A DNA stretch of 64,000 nucleotides from Planctomycetota bacterium. Its GTDB lineage: Bacteria > Planctomycetota > GCA-002687715 > DRQF01. Positions 28,716 through 40,200 of the stretch are shown piece after piece. Under the pieces are notes generated by a model. The model was not told where the DNA came from and ran no database searches. It was given only the letters and a program-made list of their open reading frames with translations. The DNA lies in assembly GCA_027001995.1 (NCBI GenBank), contig JALTLO010000197.1, positions 5,178-69,177 on the forward strand, written 5' to 3'. Position 1 is the first letter of the stretch. Each line of letters opens with the position of its first letter. Both the position numbers and the translations under genes were made by a program.

Positions 28716-29741
28716 TCTTGAGGCCGTTGAAGTTCGGTGAAGGTCGCGGGCCAAAAGCGCGGCGCCGAGAAGTCCAGAATTGGGACTGCGAATAAGCCAA
28801 ACTGGGATTTTTTCTAAGAAATCGACAAACCGTCCTTTCGCTTCTAGATTCGAGCGAAACCGTTTGGGGTCAAACGCAGACAATAGGCGAGGGACAATTC
28901 CTCCGCCCACGTAAATACCCCCTGTGGCCATGAGAATCAAAGCCAAGTCACCGGCTACGGCGCCGAGGATGTCGAAAAACGTTGTGATCGACTTTTGGCA
29001 TATGGCATCGTCGCGGTTAAATGCACGATCGCTAATCACCCGCGCTGCATCTTGATGATCGCCATTGACGATAGCTTGGAGCTCTTCGTCAACGTCTGAT
29101 TCTTCTAAGTAGGCGCGAACAGTGTAGGCGGTGATAGCGGTCAGCCCGGCCCCAGAAAGAAGCCTTTCGTTAGACACGCGTCCGAAGCGCTCTTGCATGA
29201 AGCTAAACAACCCCACTTCCCAATCAGATCGTGGGGCGAAGCTGGCATGGCCACCTTCTGAGTGTTGAATGCGGTAGCCCCCGGCACATCCTGGGTCGGG
29301 CAAGAGGTAGGCTACTCCCAAGCCGGTGCCAGGGCCCAAAAGCAAAACCGGTCCCCATTCTTTTGCCTTCCCATCCTGGATGGCTAATAGGTCATTGGTC
29401 TTGAGCGCTGGGACGGCCCTGGCCATGGCGGTGAAGTCGTTGACTAAACGAAGTTGCTCGATTCCGGTGACGGCCCGCAGTTCTTCTTCGTCAAGGTTCC
29501 ACGGTAAGTTCGTCCCGCGACAAATACCGTCTTGGATTGGCCCTGCTACGCCGATGGCAGCCGCATGAGGGAAGGGGGTTCCGTCCACCTCTGCCTGACG
29601 TAGGAAACCGTGGATGGCGACGCCGCAGTCGGCGGTGTCTTGAGTCGAAAGGACGATCTCTCGGAGGCAGGAGCCGCCTTCGTCGTCGAAAATCGCTAAC
29701 CGCAAGTTCGTTCCGCCAATGTCACCGGCCAAAATACTCAT
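28710..29741 (-). CDS. glk: Glucokinase
   Basis: AGDIGGTN, VAGP, NDF, GPGTGLG, SEGGH, ERLLSG.GL and GGIYVGGGI. ATG at 29741 overlaps the upstream stop. Confidence 0.93.
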   Translation of the reverse strand: MSILAGDIGGTNLRLAIFDDEGGSCLREIVLSTQDTADCGVAIHGFLRQAEVDGTPFPHAAAIGVAGPIQDGICRGTNLPWNLDEEELRAVTGIEQLRLVNDFTAMARAVPALKTNDLLAIQDGKAKEWGPVLLLGPGTGLGVAYLLPDPGCAGGYRIQHSEGGHASFAPRSDWEVGLFSFMQERFGRVSNERLLSGAGLTAITAYTVRAYLEESDVDEELQAIVNGDHQDAARVISDRAFNRDDAICQKSITTFFDILGAVAGDLALILMATGGIYVGGGIVPRLLSAFDPKRFRSNLEAKGRFVDFLEKIPVWLIRSPNSGLLGAALLARDLHRTSTASRS

Positions 29742-30874
29742 GACTGCTCCTGTCTGGAATCTCCCAATGGCAGACCACGGGTGGCCTGATCTGGGAGAGT
29801 CGGTTTGCCCCACAAGAAACCTTGGGCGAAGGATACCCCAAGTTCTTCTAGGATTGTTAATTCCTGCCGTTGCTCAACGCCTTCTGCGATCACCCATGCC
29901 CCCAAGGATTCTCCTAATTTGAGGGCGGACGAGACGATGTCTCGTCGAGATTGATGGCGCGCGATGTTGTTGACGACTCGGCGATCAATCTTAAGCACTT
30001 CTGGCTGGAGATCCCTCACTAATCCAAAACCTCGGGCCTGAAATCCGATGTCGTCGATGGCCAAGTTAATCCCTATTTTCTTCAAGTGCCTTCTTTCCTG
30101 GGTGAATTCCCGGTTTGCTGCCGACAAATTGGTTTCGCTGAGTTCAAGGCAGCAATGGTCAGGAAAAAGTTCAGCCATGCGATCTAAGCGTGGTCGAACT
30201 TCCTTTGTTGCCCAAGTTTCTGGAAAAAGGTTGAAATGCAAACACCCACAGCAAGAACTGTGCTGAGCCGCTTCCAAGGCAGCATCCAGACAAGCTAAGT
30301 CGAATTCTACAAGGCGATCCTTTTCTTTACCCCAACGAAAGAAACGACTCGGTTGGTAAAGGGGGCCTTTGGGCCCGCGACTGAGGAACTCCCAGCCAAA
30401 AGTGGTCATGTCTTGCAATCTCAGGATGGGATGACAGACCGTCTGAAATGTTTCATCAGAGGCGAAAGACTTGAGGAGTTCGTCTATGTTGGGTTTGCCC
30501 CGAGATTTAAGGCGAAGCGTCTCTTTGGCCAGTTCGGGTATCAGCGCCAGATCGTCAGGGTCGTCATGGATGAAGTCAATGGCGCCACGGGCCACGGCTC
30601 CAATACCTAAGTCTTCCGTTGACGAATCTACCACGGCGATGGCATCAGGACGGTCGACTTGGGACAGGAACTGGAGCATGCCAGCCAAGTCATCCGGTCG
30701 ATCAGCAGAGAGCCGAAAGATAACGAGGTCGACTCCCATGAGATCTAAGTCACTCAGGGACTGGCACTGTTTGAGGGTGATTGGGGCCTCGGCTTTGGGT
30801 GCCATGTGAGGCAGGACACGCTCTTGAAATGCTGGAGGCCCGACCAAGAGAACTGTTGGCAGGTTTTGGGGCAT
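29738..30874 (-). CDS. EAL-domain protein with a degenerate receiver-like N-terminus
   Basis: EFLSR (EAL variant), ELSE, DDIG, LKID, AEGVE and AQG motifs. Confidence 0.85.
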   Translation of the reverse strand: MPQNLPTVLLVGPPAFQERVLPHMAPKAEAPITLKQCQSLSDLDLMGVDLVIFRLSADRPDDLAGMLQFLSQVDRPDAIAVVDSSTEDLGIGAVARGAIDFIHDDPDDLALIPELAKETLRLKSRGKPNIDELLKSFASDETFQTVCHPILRLQDMTTFGWEFLSRGPKGPLYQPSRFFRWGKEKDRLVEFDLACLDAALEAAQHSSCCGCLHFNLFPETWATKEVRPRLDRMAELFPDHCCLELSETNLSAANREFTQERRHLKKIGINLAIDDIGFQARGFGLVRDLQPEVLKIDRRVVNNIARHQSRRDIVSSALKLGESLGAWVIAEGVEQRQELTILEELGVSFAQGFLWGKPTLPDQATRGLPLGDSRQEQS

Positions 30875-30876
30875 TC

Positions 30877-33800
30877 TTACACCTCGTCCTGTTTTGGAGT
30901 TTGTCGGGGCAGGCGAACTTGTCCGTCGTCGAGGATTCCCCAGCCCTTGGTCAAGATTTCTTCGATGCCCTTGTCCATGGCGGCTTTCACCTTTGAGCCC
31001 AAACGTGGAAAGCCTAACATTCTCGCGGTTTCTTTTGGTAGGTCAGTGAGGGGAAGGGCGATCTGTTCTTCCATGACCCGTTTGCAGGCGTTGGCAATTT
31101 CTATGGGATGAATGTCATCGGCTTGCCGTGGGATCTCACCCAAGGCCGCAGTGCGAAATTTCCGGTAGTTGCTGGGTTCATCATCACCTAAGAAATAGAC
31201 GCCGTCAAAGATCTTAGGTTTTTCTCCCTCCGGCAGTTCGGCGATTAAAGTTGTGACACGGTTGCGCACACGGCTGGTGAGTCGGTCAATACCCAAGGTT
31301 GTCATCAACCGTCGACACACGAGATTCAGTGACACAGGCGACTCTTGCACAAGAATTGAAGTGATGACTTGCCGCACCGCGTCTTCTTGATTTTCGTCGT
31401 AGAGAGCTTCAGCGCCCAGGTTGCTCTTGGGGATCACTGTTGGCCGATATATCTCCACGGCCTCCACCAATTTGAGCTTGAGATGCTCTCCTTCCTCATC
31501 GTCTGTTATTGAGGCGCTGTTCTCTTCCGCTTCCAATTCGTTCGCAAGTTCTTGCTCTTCCGTAAGTGGCGGGGGAGAATCACTCTTCTCGACGAGTTTG
31601 GCTTCGATCGCTTCTAAGACGCGCTCTGGATCCTGCAACCAGTCACCGCTCCATACTCGGCAAAGCTCCCACCCCAGCCCTTTCAGAACATTGGGGCGAA
31701 TACGGTCGCGATCCCGGGCATTGGCGGAGTCGCTATAGTTGCTGCCGTCGCATTCAATCCCCAAGATGAAGGTATCGGCATTGTCTGGATCATGAATGGC
31801 CAAGTCGATGGGCTGGGAGGAAGAACCGACATGTAAGGATACCTTGTAACCTCGTTCCCGCAGGCGTTTGGCAATGGCTTCGTTGAGTGGAGATTCGGCT
31901 TCCCGCAAACCACGTTGGCCCAAATTCGAAGGCAGGGCGACGTGACCACGGTCGGCGTATTCCAAGAATGACTTCAGGTGCGCCACGCCTAAGGCCCGAC
32001 TTCGCGAGAGATCAATTTGTTCGTGGCGTAAGGTAGAGAAAACTCGCAGTTCTTTTCTTGCCCTGGTGATCGCGACATTGAGACGACGTTCTCCCCCTTC
32101 CCGATTCAGTGGCCCAAAGTTCATGGACACGCGACCGTCGGCATCAGGACCGTAGCAGATTGAGAACAGGATGATGTCTCTTTCGTCACCTTGGACATTT
32201 TCTAAGTTCTTAACGAAAACGGCTTCGGCGACATCTTCGCCGAAGAAAGACTCGATTTCTGGGTGCTCTCTGCGGGCTTCATCCAAGTAGTCTTCAATGC
32301 AGTTTTGTTGTGCTTGACTGAAAGCGACGATGCCGATGGTGTCCTGGCTCAACTGAGGATCGGTCAGGCGGCGAAGAACATCGCTGACAACAGCTTTGGC
32401 TTCATTTTTGTTAGTTCTGGTCTTCGCTCGGTCGTAGTGGGCGTCTTCAACTTGGACGAAGTGGACGCCCATGTGGTTATTCGTATCTCCCGGGGAAGGG
32501 AAAGTCATGAGACGGTTATTGTAGTAGTGATGGTTGCTAAAGGAGATGAGGTCTTCGTGTCGAGATCGGTAGTGCCAAGAGAGGTTGAGGGAGGTGAATC
32601 CTCCGGCCTCGCATTCGTCTAAGATGCTCTCAACTTCTTCTACCATGTCGCTATCTGGGTCATCGTCTTCGTCATCTTGGGTGCGAAAGAAACTGGTCGG
32701 GGGAAGTTGTTTCGAGTCGCCCACAATGACGGCGGATTCCCCCCGGGCCAGGGCGCCGATTGCGTCCCATACCGGGATTTGCGAGGCTTCATCGAAGACT
32801 ACGATGTCAGCGCGAGGGTAGTCGGTGCTCAAGTATTGGGCGACGCTTAAGGGGCTCATGAGGAGACAGGGCTTTAGGCGAGGGAGTAGGTCCGGTAGGG
32901 ATTCAAACAACCGACGAATCGGCATATGGCGGCGCTTGAGTTTGAGCTGCCGCTGGAGAATACCAACTTCTGACTTGGCCGATGCCTCTTTCGAGAAACC
33001 TGGAAGGTTGGCATTGATGCGTGACTTGATCACCTCTGAACTAAGGGAGATCATCTTTTGGTCCAAGGCAGCAAATGCTGCGATCTTACGCTCATGCTCT
33101 AAACTGTTGAAGCGTCGCAAGAGGAGGGAGTCCTCCAATTGCTGATTGAGCCAGTCTTCCAAGAGGCTTTTCTTGAAGACCTTGAGAGCATTTTCTCCTG
33201 CCAATGAACCATCGCCCAAACTTTTCCCTAGTTCTTCTAAGCCTTTCTCTTGAGCTCTTGCCATCAAGTGTGACCAATGGCACCAATCTCGCAGATCTCT
33301 TCTGCCGTCGAGGAGGTTGTCGAGAGTTTTCCCCAGACGGTCGAAATATCCCTCGTCGTTTTCTGACCCAAAGGCCGCAAGTTTGTCGAAATGGACAATG
33401 TTATCGAGGGCCTCCAAGCGATGATCTAATTGGAGGAGATCGTTCAAGAAGGTGTCCATGTCTTGACGCAGAGAAGATGGACCAATAAGTTGGTCACTGT
33501 CTTCAACTGCAAGTCTGATTGCCCGTTCACGAAAACCGCCAGCGACCCAGTCAGCGTTGTGGCTGAGTTGAGCTAATTCCTGACGGAAGGATTCGGCCCA
33601 GGCAATGATCTCTTGTAGTTTCTGCCAGTCGCTCCTGGCCCCTCGCCAATGATGACCGAAGAATCGCTTTTCTTGGTCGCAAATCTCTGCCAGCTGGCGT
33701 TCTTCTTCTCTTAGTTTTTGGATGCGTCCTAAGTCGAGGACCAGGGTGTCCGTGTCCGCCAGAGAACCTCTTACGAAGGGTTTGAGTGCTCTTTTGGTGA

Positions 33801-36800
33801 GGAAGACTCGAATCCAGGAGAGGGGTGGGAATGAGGAACGGGCCTTCTGCAAAGAAGTGAGCCATGACGTGACATCTGTGGCCAGAAGCTCATCTAAGTA
33901 TCGTCTCTCCAATTCCATTCGGAGATCGGCCAGTTGGCGACCTCGATCCAATGAAGGTTTTAGACTCTCTTTGATTCCTTCCCATCCAGGTTCGGTCAGT
34001 AGATCGCGGCTACTGCCAGGGTTTTCTAAGAGCAAGGCGAAAAGACGCCTCAAGCCGTCAAGCTGGCCACGGGAGTCTGTTTCGACGTTCTCTGGTAATC
34101 CGAGCTCTTCGCCAATGGCAATGCGACTTCGGCTAAGATCCTTTTTTGACTTTTGTGCGGCTCGAACGGCTTGGTCAATATGGTCGGCTAGCTTGGGGCT
34201 CCAATCGCTGACTTGAATCGAATGCAACAAATGGTCATTCACGGGGGCGACCATCTTGGCAGCTGTTCCTAATGAACCGGCTAACTCTCCTAATTCATCG
34301 ACTTCGCTCCGGTGGATTTCATGAACGTGGGCGAGATTCAATTGGACGCGTGGCAAGTCGCCCATGTTGGCTAGTCTTGAGGTGGCTTGAAAGATGCTGA
34401 GGCCCGGGGGTCTTCGAGAATGAATCTCTTGGACATAGTCGTTGAGGTCTTTTCTACGGTCCGTGAGTTCTTCTGCTAACTCTTCCCATTCTCCTGTACT
34501 TTTGTGGGCTGTGGCGGTCATTGCTGTCTGAAGTTGATCTAAGACATGGCGTTTGCTGGTTTTCTTAGAGTGGAGCTCTAAACAACTGGACGCCAGGCCG
34601 ATCTTGCTTAAGCGATCGTGAACCACGTTGAGGGCAGCCATTTTCTCTGCCACGAAAAGGACACGTTTTCCCCTCGATAGGCAATGAGCAATGAGGTTGG
34701 TGATCGTTTGAGACTTTCCCGTTCCTGGGGGGCCTTGCAGTACGAAGGTATGACCTTGGGCCGCCGCTATAACGGCGCTCAGCTGGGATGAGTCAGCGTC
34801 CATGGGGCAAAGATTTTCGCCAGCAGGCAGGATCTTGTCTAGTTCAGAAGCTTGAGGGTAAACAACGTTACCCTCGAATGCCGAGCCTGGGGTTTCGACC
34901 AAATGACGTACGACTTTGCTATTGAGAAGAGAATCTTGATGGCTCTCCAAGTCTGCCCACATGAGAAACTTATTAAAGGAGAATAACCCCAGGGCACAGT
35001 TGTTGACCACGTCCCAGCGTGGCACATCCATGATGACCTTTCTGAAGTTCTTCAGAGCAAGGTCGATGTCGACGCCGTTTTCATCTTCGGGGAGCGTCTT
35101 CAGGTGATCGGTATCCAAGCCGAAGTCTTGCTTCAACTTCTCCAATAAGGTGGTATTGATGCGCGCATCCTCGTCGCCTCGCTGAAGGCGGAATCCCTCG
35201 CGGATGCTCTTGCGCGTCAAGTGCATGGGCAAGAGAATAATGGGTGCCAATCGTTCCAGGTTGCTGCTTTCGTTTTCTTTCCAGGACAAGAATCCCAAAG
35301 CCAAGAAGAGCGTGTTGGAGCCCGTCTCTTCCAACTCGTTACGGCTGGCTCGATACAGATCCAGCAATTTGCCGTCGAGATTTTTTTCGTCGGTGTCAAC
35401 ATGGACGATGCGGTTGTTCAGGTCTTCAGCCAGAATCGATACTTTACTGTCTTCATGAAGGCGATCTTTCTGAATAGTCATGTCGCGGGGTGAATTGGCT
35501 ATTTGCTCGCCAGGGCGCCCGCGGAGGGTGAAGGAGACGCCACCTTCCACGGCATCTTCGAACCCTCCCAAGTCGGGAATTAAGAGAGGAATATTCTTCT
35601 TGGTTGGGCGGAAATTGAGAAGACGGTTGCGGAGGGACAAGTCCAAGAGTTTTCTTTGCCATCGACGAATGCGGCTGTCTTCCTCAGGCGCTTGTTGTTC
35701 GACAGTTGGGGCTTCGATTGCCTGAAGGGGCACGATGGTGGTGGCATCTTCGACTTCAGCTCCCAGGGTGGCCAAGTCTTCAGGAGATATCCTTGTTGTG
35801 GTGACGCCGAAATATTCTCCCTCGCTTTCGAATTCTTGCGAGGCTTGGGGTAGTGGGCGAATCTTGAGCTTGCGGGCTCTGCGGATGTCAATGACAGCGC
35901 AAAAGTCGTCTCCGTTGTCCAGGTGTTTCCTGCCATCACTTCTGGCAACATGAAAGGGAACTAAAGGTCGATTGGCCAGTAAGGTGGACTCGAAGACAAC
36001 AATGTCTTCAACGTCGATTCGCTTGCGCAAAGAAGTCACGTCATCGATTGTTGGTTCTGGGAAACAGTGATCGCTGACCCAAGCTCCACAAAAGGCATGA
36101 CCTTTGGTCAAGACGATAATGGGGTTGAGGCCGCATTGTTCCATGACACTGGCAGCGAGGAGGGAAAGGTCCAGGCAATTGCCAACTTTGTCTTGGAGAA
36201 TCACGTCCGGAAAACGGACCTTTTGGCCGTCATCTTCAAAGCTGGCTGGCACGCCCACATAACCCAAATCTTCTCGGGCCAGAGTTTCATAAATGGATCG
36301 AATCTGTTCGATCACGCCGTTGGGGTCACCGCTTTGGTAGCCATCCAAGATCGGAATGGACTGACGCTCTTCGTGAGTGCGGACGGTCTTTCCGATGAGT
36401 GCATTGACCCCTCGGCTGTTCGGAAGAACAAAGGCTGCTAAGACTTCCGGGAGAGTGCTAAGACCGGGCCATTCATTAAATGCCAAGACTTCAACGGGGA
36501 ATCCCTTCACGGAAGGGCTCTTGCCACGAGCCGAAACAGTTACTTCTAATTCGGTTTCTTGACGTTCGGATTGCTCTTTCAGACGATCGACGTTGAGAGG
36601 CAAACTGATGTGCTCGAGGTTGATTTCTTCTTCTGGGGCGATTCGATCCAGGCGAATGTGAAGTTCTTCTGAGAGGCCGCTACCCAATTGAATGGCGATC
36701 GTGACATCGTCCAAGGCCTCTGAAGAGTTGACCAAGTTGAGGCGCTTCACCACCGGAACATCGTTTTGTTGCATGGCGAAATTGACCAAACGGTCGTAAT

Positions 36801-36957
36801 CCAAATGGAGCTCAACAGTGGTAGGGGGCAATTCTGGGGTGGTTTCTTCCCTATTTTCCTCTAAGTCACTTGTTTGATCTGCTTGAATCGAGGAATTCAC
36901 CCTATCCCCATCTTCATTTGAGCTATTTTCGCCGATTTTGCTGTCCTGGTCTGCCAT
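30877..36957 (-). CDS. DUF4011 - SF1 (Upf1-like) helicase - Vsr-like - DUF3320 protein (Hhe-like)
   Basis: W..KLLDLSLRNRLLN (DUF4011), GPPGTGKSQTI, DEASQ, GDSKQLPP, HYRSR, NVQGDERD, RRLNVAITRA and GIECDG...ARDRDR motifs. Confidence 0.9.
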   Translation of the reverse strand: MADQDSKIGENSSNEDGDRVNSSIQADQTSDLEENREETTPELPPTTVELHLDYDRLVNFAMQQNDVPVVKRLNLVNSSEALDDVTIAIQLGSGLSEELHIRLDRIAPEEEINLEHISLPLNVDRLKEQSERQETELEVTVSARGKSPSVKGFPVEVLAFNEWPGLSTLPEVLAAFVLPNSRGVNALIGKTVRTHEERQSIPILDGYQSGDPNGVIEQIRSIYETLAREDLGYVGVPASFEDDGQKVRFPDVILQDKVGNCLDLSLLAASVMEQCGLNPIIVLTKGHAFCGAWVSDHCFPEPTIDDVTSLRKRIDVEDIVVFESTLLANRPLVPFHVARSDGRKHLDNGDDFCAVIDIRRARKLKIRPLPQASQEFESEGEYFGVTTTRISPEDLATLGAEVEDATTIVPLQAIEAPTVEQQAPEEDSRIRRWQRKLLDLSLRNRLLNFRPTKKNIPLLIPDLGGFEDAVEGGVSFTLRGRPGEQIANSPRDMTIQKDRLHEDSKVSILAEDLNNRIVHVDTDEKNLDGKLLDLYRASRNELEETGSNTLFLALGFLSWKENESSNLERLAPIILLPMHLTRKSIREGFRLQRGDEDARINTTLLEKLKQDFGLDTDHLKTLPEDENGVDIDLALKNFRKVIMDVPRWDVVNNCALGLFSFNKFLMWADLESHQDSLLNSKVVRHLVETPGSAFEGNVVYPQASELDKILPAGENLCPMDADSSQLSAVIAAAQGHTFVLQGPPGTGKSQTITNLIAHCLSRGKRVLFVAEKMAALNVVHDRLSKIGLASSCLELHSKKTSKRHVLDQLQTAMTATAHKSTGEWEELAEELTDRRKDLNDYVQEIHSRRPPGLSIFQATSRLANMGDLPRVQLNLAHVHEIHRSEVDELGELAGSLGTAAKMVAPVNDHLLHSIQVSDWSPKLADHIDQAVRAAQKSKKDLSRSRIAIGEELGLPENVETDSRGQLDGLRRLFALLLENPGSSRDLLTEPGWEGIKESLKPSLDRGRQLADLRMELERRYLDELLATDVTSWLTSLQKARSSFPPLSWIRVFLTKRALKPFVRGSLADTDTLVLDLGRIQKLREEERQLAEICDQEKRFFGHHWRGARSDWQKLQEIIAWAESFRQELAQLSHNADWVAGGFRERAIRLAVEDSDQLIGPSSLRQDMDTFLNDLLQLDHRLEALDNIVHFDKLAAFGSENDEGYFDRLGKTLDNLLDGRRDLRDWCHWSHLMARAQEKGLEELGKSLGDGSLAGENALKVFKKSLLEDWLNQQLEDSLLLRRFNSLEHERKIAAFAALDQKMISLSSEVIKSRINANLPGFSKEASAKSEVGILQRQLKLKRRHMPIRRLFESLPDLLPRLKPCLLMSPLSVAQYLSTDYPRADIVVFDEASQIPVWDAIGALARGESAVIVGDSKQLPPTSFFRTQDDEDDDPDSDMVEEVESILDECEAGGFTSLNLSWHYRSRHEDLISFSNHHYYNNRLMTFPSPGDTNNHMGVHFVQVEDAHYDRAKTRTNKNEAKAVVSDVLRRLTDPQLSQDTIGIVAFSQAQQNCIEDYLDEARREHPEIESFFGEDVAEAVFVKNLENVQGDERDIILFSICYGPDADGRVSMNFGPLNREGGERRLNVAITRARKELRVFSTLRHEQIDLSRSRALGVAHLKSFLEYADRGHVALPSNLGQRGLREAESPLNEAIAKRLRERGYKVSLHVGSSSQPIDLAIHDPDNADTFILGIECDGSNYSDSANARDRDRIRPNVLKGLGWELCRVWSGDWLQDPERVLEAIEAKLVEKSDSPPPLTEEQELANELEAEENSASITDDEEGEHLKLKLVEAVEIYRPTVIPKSNLGAEALYDENQEDAVRQVITSILVQESPVSLNLVCRRLMTTLGIDRLTSRVRNRVTTLIAELPEGEKPKIFDGVYFLGDDEPSNYRKFRTAALGEIPRQADDIHPIEIANACKRVMEEQIALPLTDLPKETARMLGFPRLGSKVKAAMDKGIEEILTKGWGILDDGQVRLPRQTPKQDEV

Positions 36958-37205
36958 GAGTCAAAAAGCTCTCTCTTATCTCTCGTTTCGCTATGGTTCA
37001 CGTACCTTGGAGGCATGGATACGATTCGCAATTTCTCGCGCCTTTATACTATTTGTCCCCGAATAAGGCCTGGGGGGAGGCGCCCTCTCACTCTACCGTT
37101 CTAAAGCCTTTGGCCAAGATGCCTTAAAGCTTGAGAAAATACCCCGCAATTTCGGCCAGTTTTCTTAGTATAGAGTCCCGTCATCAAACTTTGGAAATAC
37201 TTGCT

Positions 37206-40200
37206 ATGACCACAGATAAACCCAAGAAATCAGCACTCGGCCGCATCATGCGGGCTGTCTTGCTTCTCATTCTTCTCGTCGCCGTTCTCGTGGCCCTGGC
37301 TCCCACACTTTTCTCTGGTTTTATCCAAGGAAAGATCGTTGAAGCCATGGAGGAGAGTCTCGATGCCAAAGTCACCATGGAGGATTTTTCTTTCGGGTGG
37401 ATGAGCGGCAGCCAAATCGAAGGATTTACGATGACCCGGCCGGGAGAATCGGAGCCTTGCTTGTCCGTTGGCAAGGTGACGACCGCCCCAAGTTTGAGTG
37501 ATATCTTGGCGTCCCGCTTTATCGTTGAGGACATCGTCGCAGAAAATGTGACTGTGAGAATCAAACGAAACGAAACAGGGGTCGATTGGCAAGACATTGC
37601 CAAGGGGCCGAAGAAGAAGGGAGAGAAGACCGGATCCGAATCTACTGAGATTCCAGATTTCTTGGTCAGAGCTCGCGTCAACAACCTTCGTATCGTCTAT
37701 TCGGACATCAAATTGGATCGAGCCCTCGATTTCCCAGGAATGAACGTTTCTTTGGAGGCTTCTCGAGGTGCTGACCTGAAGGTAAAAGTCACGGGACCAT
37801 CTGGTCTTGACTGTGACCTAAAGTGCCAGTTGTTTGATGGCGATCGCTTGCTTCCCAATGACAAAATAACAGCCACAGGAACTTTGTCCTGGAGCGATCT
37901 GCAACTCTTCGATTACCAACCACATCTGGGTCAATACCTGAGTGGTCTTTCCGGCACAGTGAACACCCACTATAACCTGAACTACGGCCCTCAAGGTGCT
38001 ACTCGGGTAAGCGGTAAGACACAGTGGCAAGGCCTCGTGGCAAAAACCTCTGCTGGCGGCGTGGCTTCGACTTCGGGAACGATTGACAACACTGTCCTCA
38101 TGGCTGAGGGGCAGCCCCCGGTCGTCGAAGCTCTCATCAATCTCAGCGACGTTGAGATTGTCGGAATGCCCAATCAAAAGAAGGCAGTTCCATGCGGCAC
38201 AGGGGTGGTGAATGTCAAGATGGCGGGGGACCTACTGACTTTGAGCCAATGTGAAGTTGCTGTCCCTGGTGGGAAATTCTCTCTCAGCGGTGACTATGCC
38301 ATGGGAGATCAACCCAGTCGTGGCATGCGTTTGGACGCAAACACAGATTTGTCCATTTGGTCAACTTACTTCGAAGGCATCCCAGATTTGGGTGGCAAAG
38401 TCCAGGTTGGTGGGCTTATTCCTGGTGACATGACTCGAAACCCTATTGATCTCAAGGTTTTAGTCGATGCTCTCAAGTTGACCGGTGGCCCCCTGGGAGA
38501 GAAATCCTACAATTGCGGCAAGACCACTTTCGACCTTCAATTGACACAGCCCCAAACCCCCGAAGGTTCTCAAGACATCATTGTCAAGAGTCGAAGCCGC
38601 ATGTGGCAAGTTGATCTGAATTCATCTTTGCGAAGCAAAGCGAGTGCAGCATTCGGAATGCTCGGACAAGCAAAGATCAAGGGTAATTGTGACATGGAGC
38701 AATTCTTGGCGCCGTTCACCGACTCTCGGGGGCAAGGTCGGGTGAGTTTCGATTTCTTGGCTGGTCTCGAGGAGGACAAAGTCCAAATCCAGAACGCCAC
38801 GGTTCGAGGACCTGGGGCCACGGCTCAGTTCTCTGGGCAAGTTGGCCGTCGGGCTGATGGTTGGGGCTTCATGTTCGATGGCAAGGATGTCACCTACCAA
38901 CGGGGAGATGGAATCGGGATCGTTATGCCCAAGCTCTTGGGGCGGGGCACCTGGAATGAGAAATCCCATGCTGTTCAAGGGCGGATCTCTATCGACGATG
39001 TTCGCACTGTTGGTGGACAAAGGGCGACCATGAAGGGCGGAGCAGTCCTGGTTGACTTTGACGGTTCTGTGGATCAGGAGAAGGGACGATACCAGATCAA
39101 TTTTGGTCGCTTGAACTTGGCTGGTTTTCAGGGCAAAGGCGGTATTGACTATGCCAAGGACACGGGGCTGGGAAAGCTGAGTATCGTAGGAGAGGCTGAC
39201 TATGCTGAGCTGAGCTCTCGTTGGTTAAGGCTCTACGATCCCCAAGCCACAGGGCAGGGTAAAGGCCCGGTTGTTCTTGAAATCGACCCGAAAGGAGGCA
39301 ACTGGAGCCAAGCTTCTGGGCGACTTGATCTCCAAGTTCCAGGTTTGAAATCCCAAGGTTTCGATTTGGCCGATCTCGTTATCAAGGGGACTATGAATAA
39401 TGGCAAAGGCAAGATCACCCAGGGTGGGGGCCGACTTAATGACGGCACGGTGAAACTCACCGGTGATGTTGACTTCACTGGGGAAAACATGGTGTTCAAT
39501 ACGAATGCCGAAATGAAAGGCGTGAGGCTGGTGAAAGAGTGGCAACCTGCTATCGCCCGTGTGATTCCTCTTTTTGCAGGTATCGGCGTCACGGCGGAAG
39601 GAGTCATCAATATGAATCTGACGGCGGATGGTGTTGGCGATACCTGGGACTCAATCAAACCCCGATTGAATGGTGATGGCAGCTTGGGGCTTGGTAACGG
39701 CCGCATTGTTGGTTCGCCAATTCTCAGGACTTTTGGTTTGGCCTTGGGTTTCGACCCGAACATGTCGATTCGGGATATCAACAGTGCCTTCCAAATCAAG
39801 AATGGTGGAGTTCACCAAGAAGGCTTGTTGGCTGACTTCGGCACATTCCAGATGAAGATGGGTGGAATTACTTACTTGGATGGAAGGTTGGATTATGACG
39901 TTGGTTTTAAGCCCGTGTCTCAGAACCCAAGCAATTGGCAGCGTTTCGCATCTTTGGTTGCCAACGATGGCTTCTTGCCCCTGAAGCTCCGGGGGACTGT
40001 TGATTCCCCGAAGCCTGGTCTTCCGGATCCAGCCAAGCTGATAGAAGCTGGGGCGAGAAAGCTCCTCGGGGATGGCATTGGTAACCTACTTGGGGGTGAT
40101 AAGAAGAAGAACGGGAAGAGCCAGGGGATTGGCGGTATTTTGAAAGGCCTCGGCGGTAATAAGAGTAAGTCAAAAGATGACCCCAAGAAAAAGAATGCTT

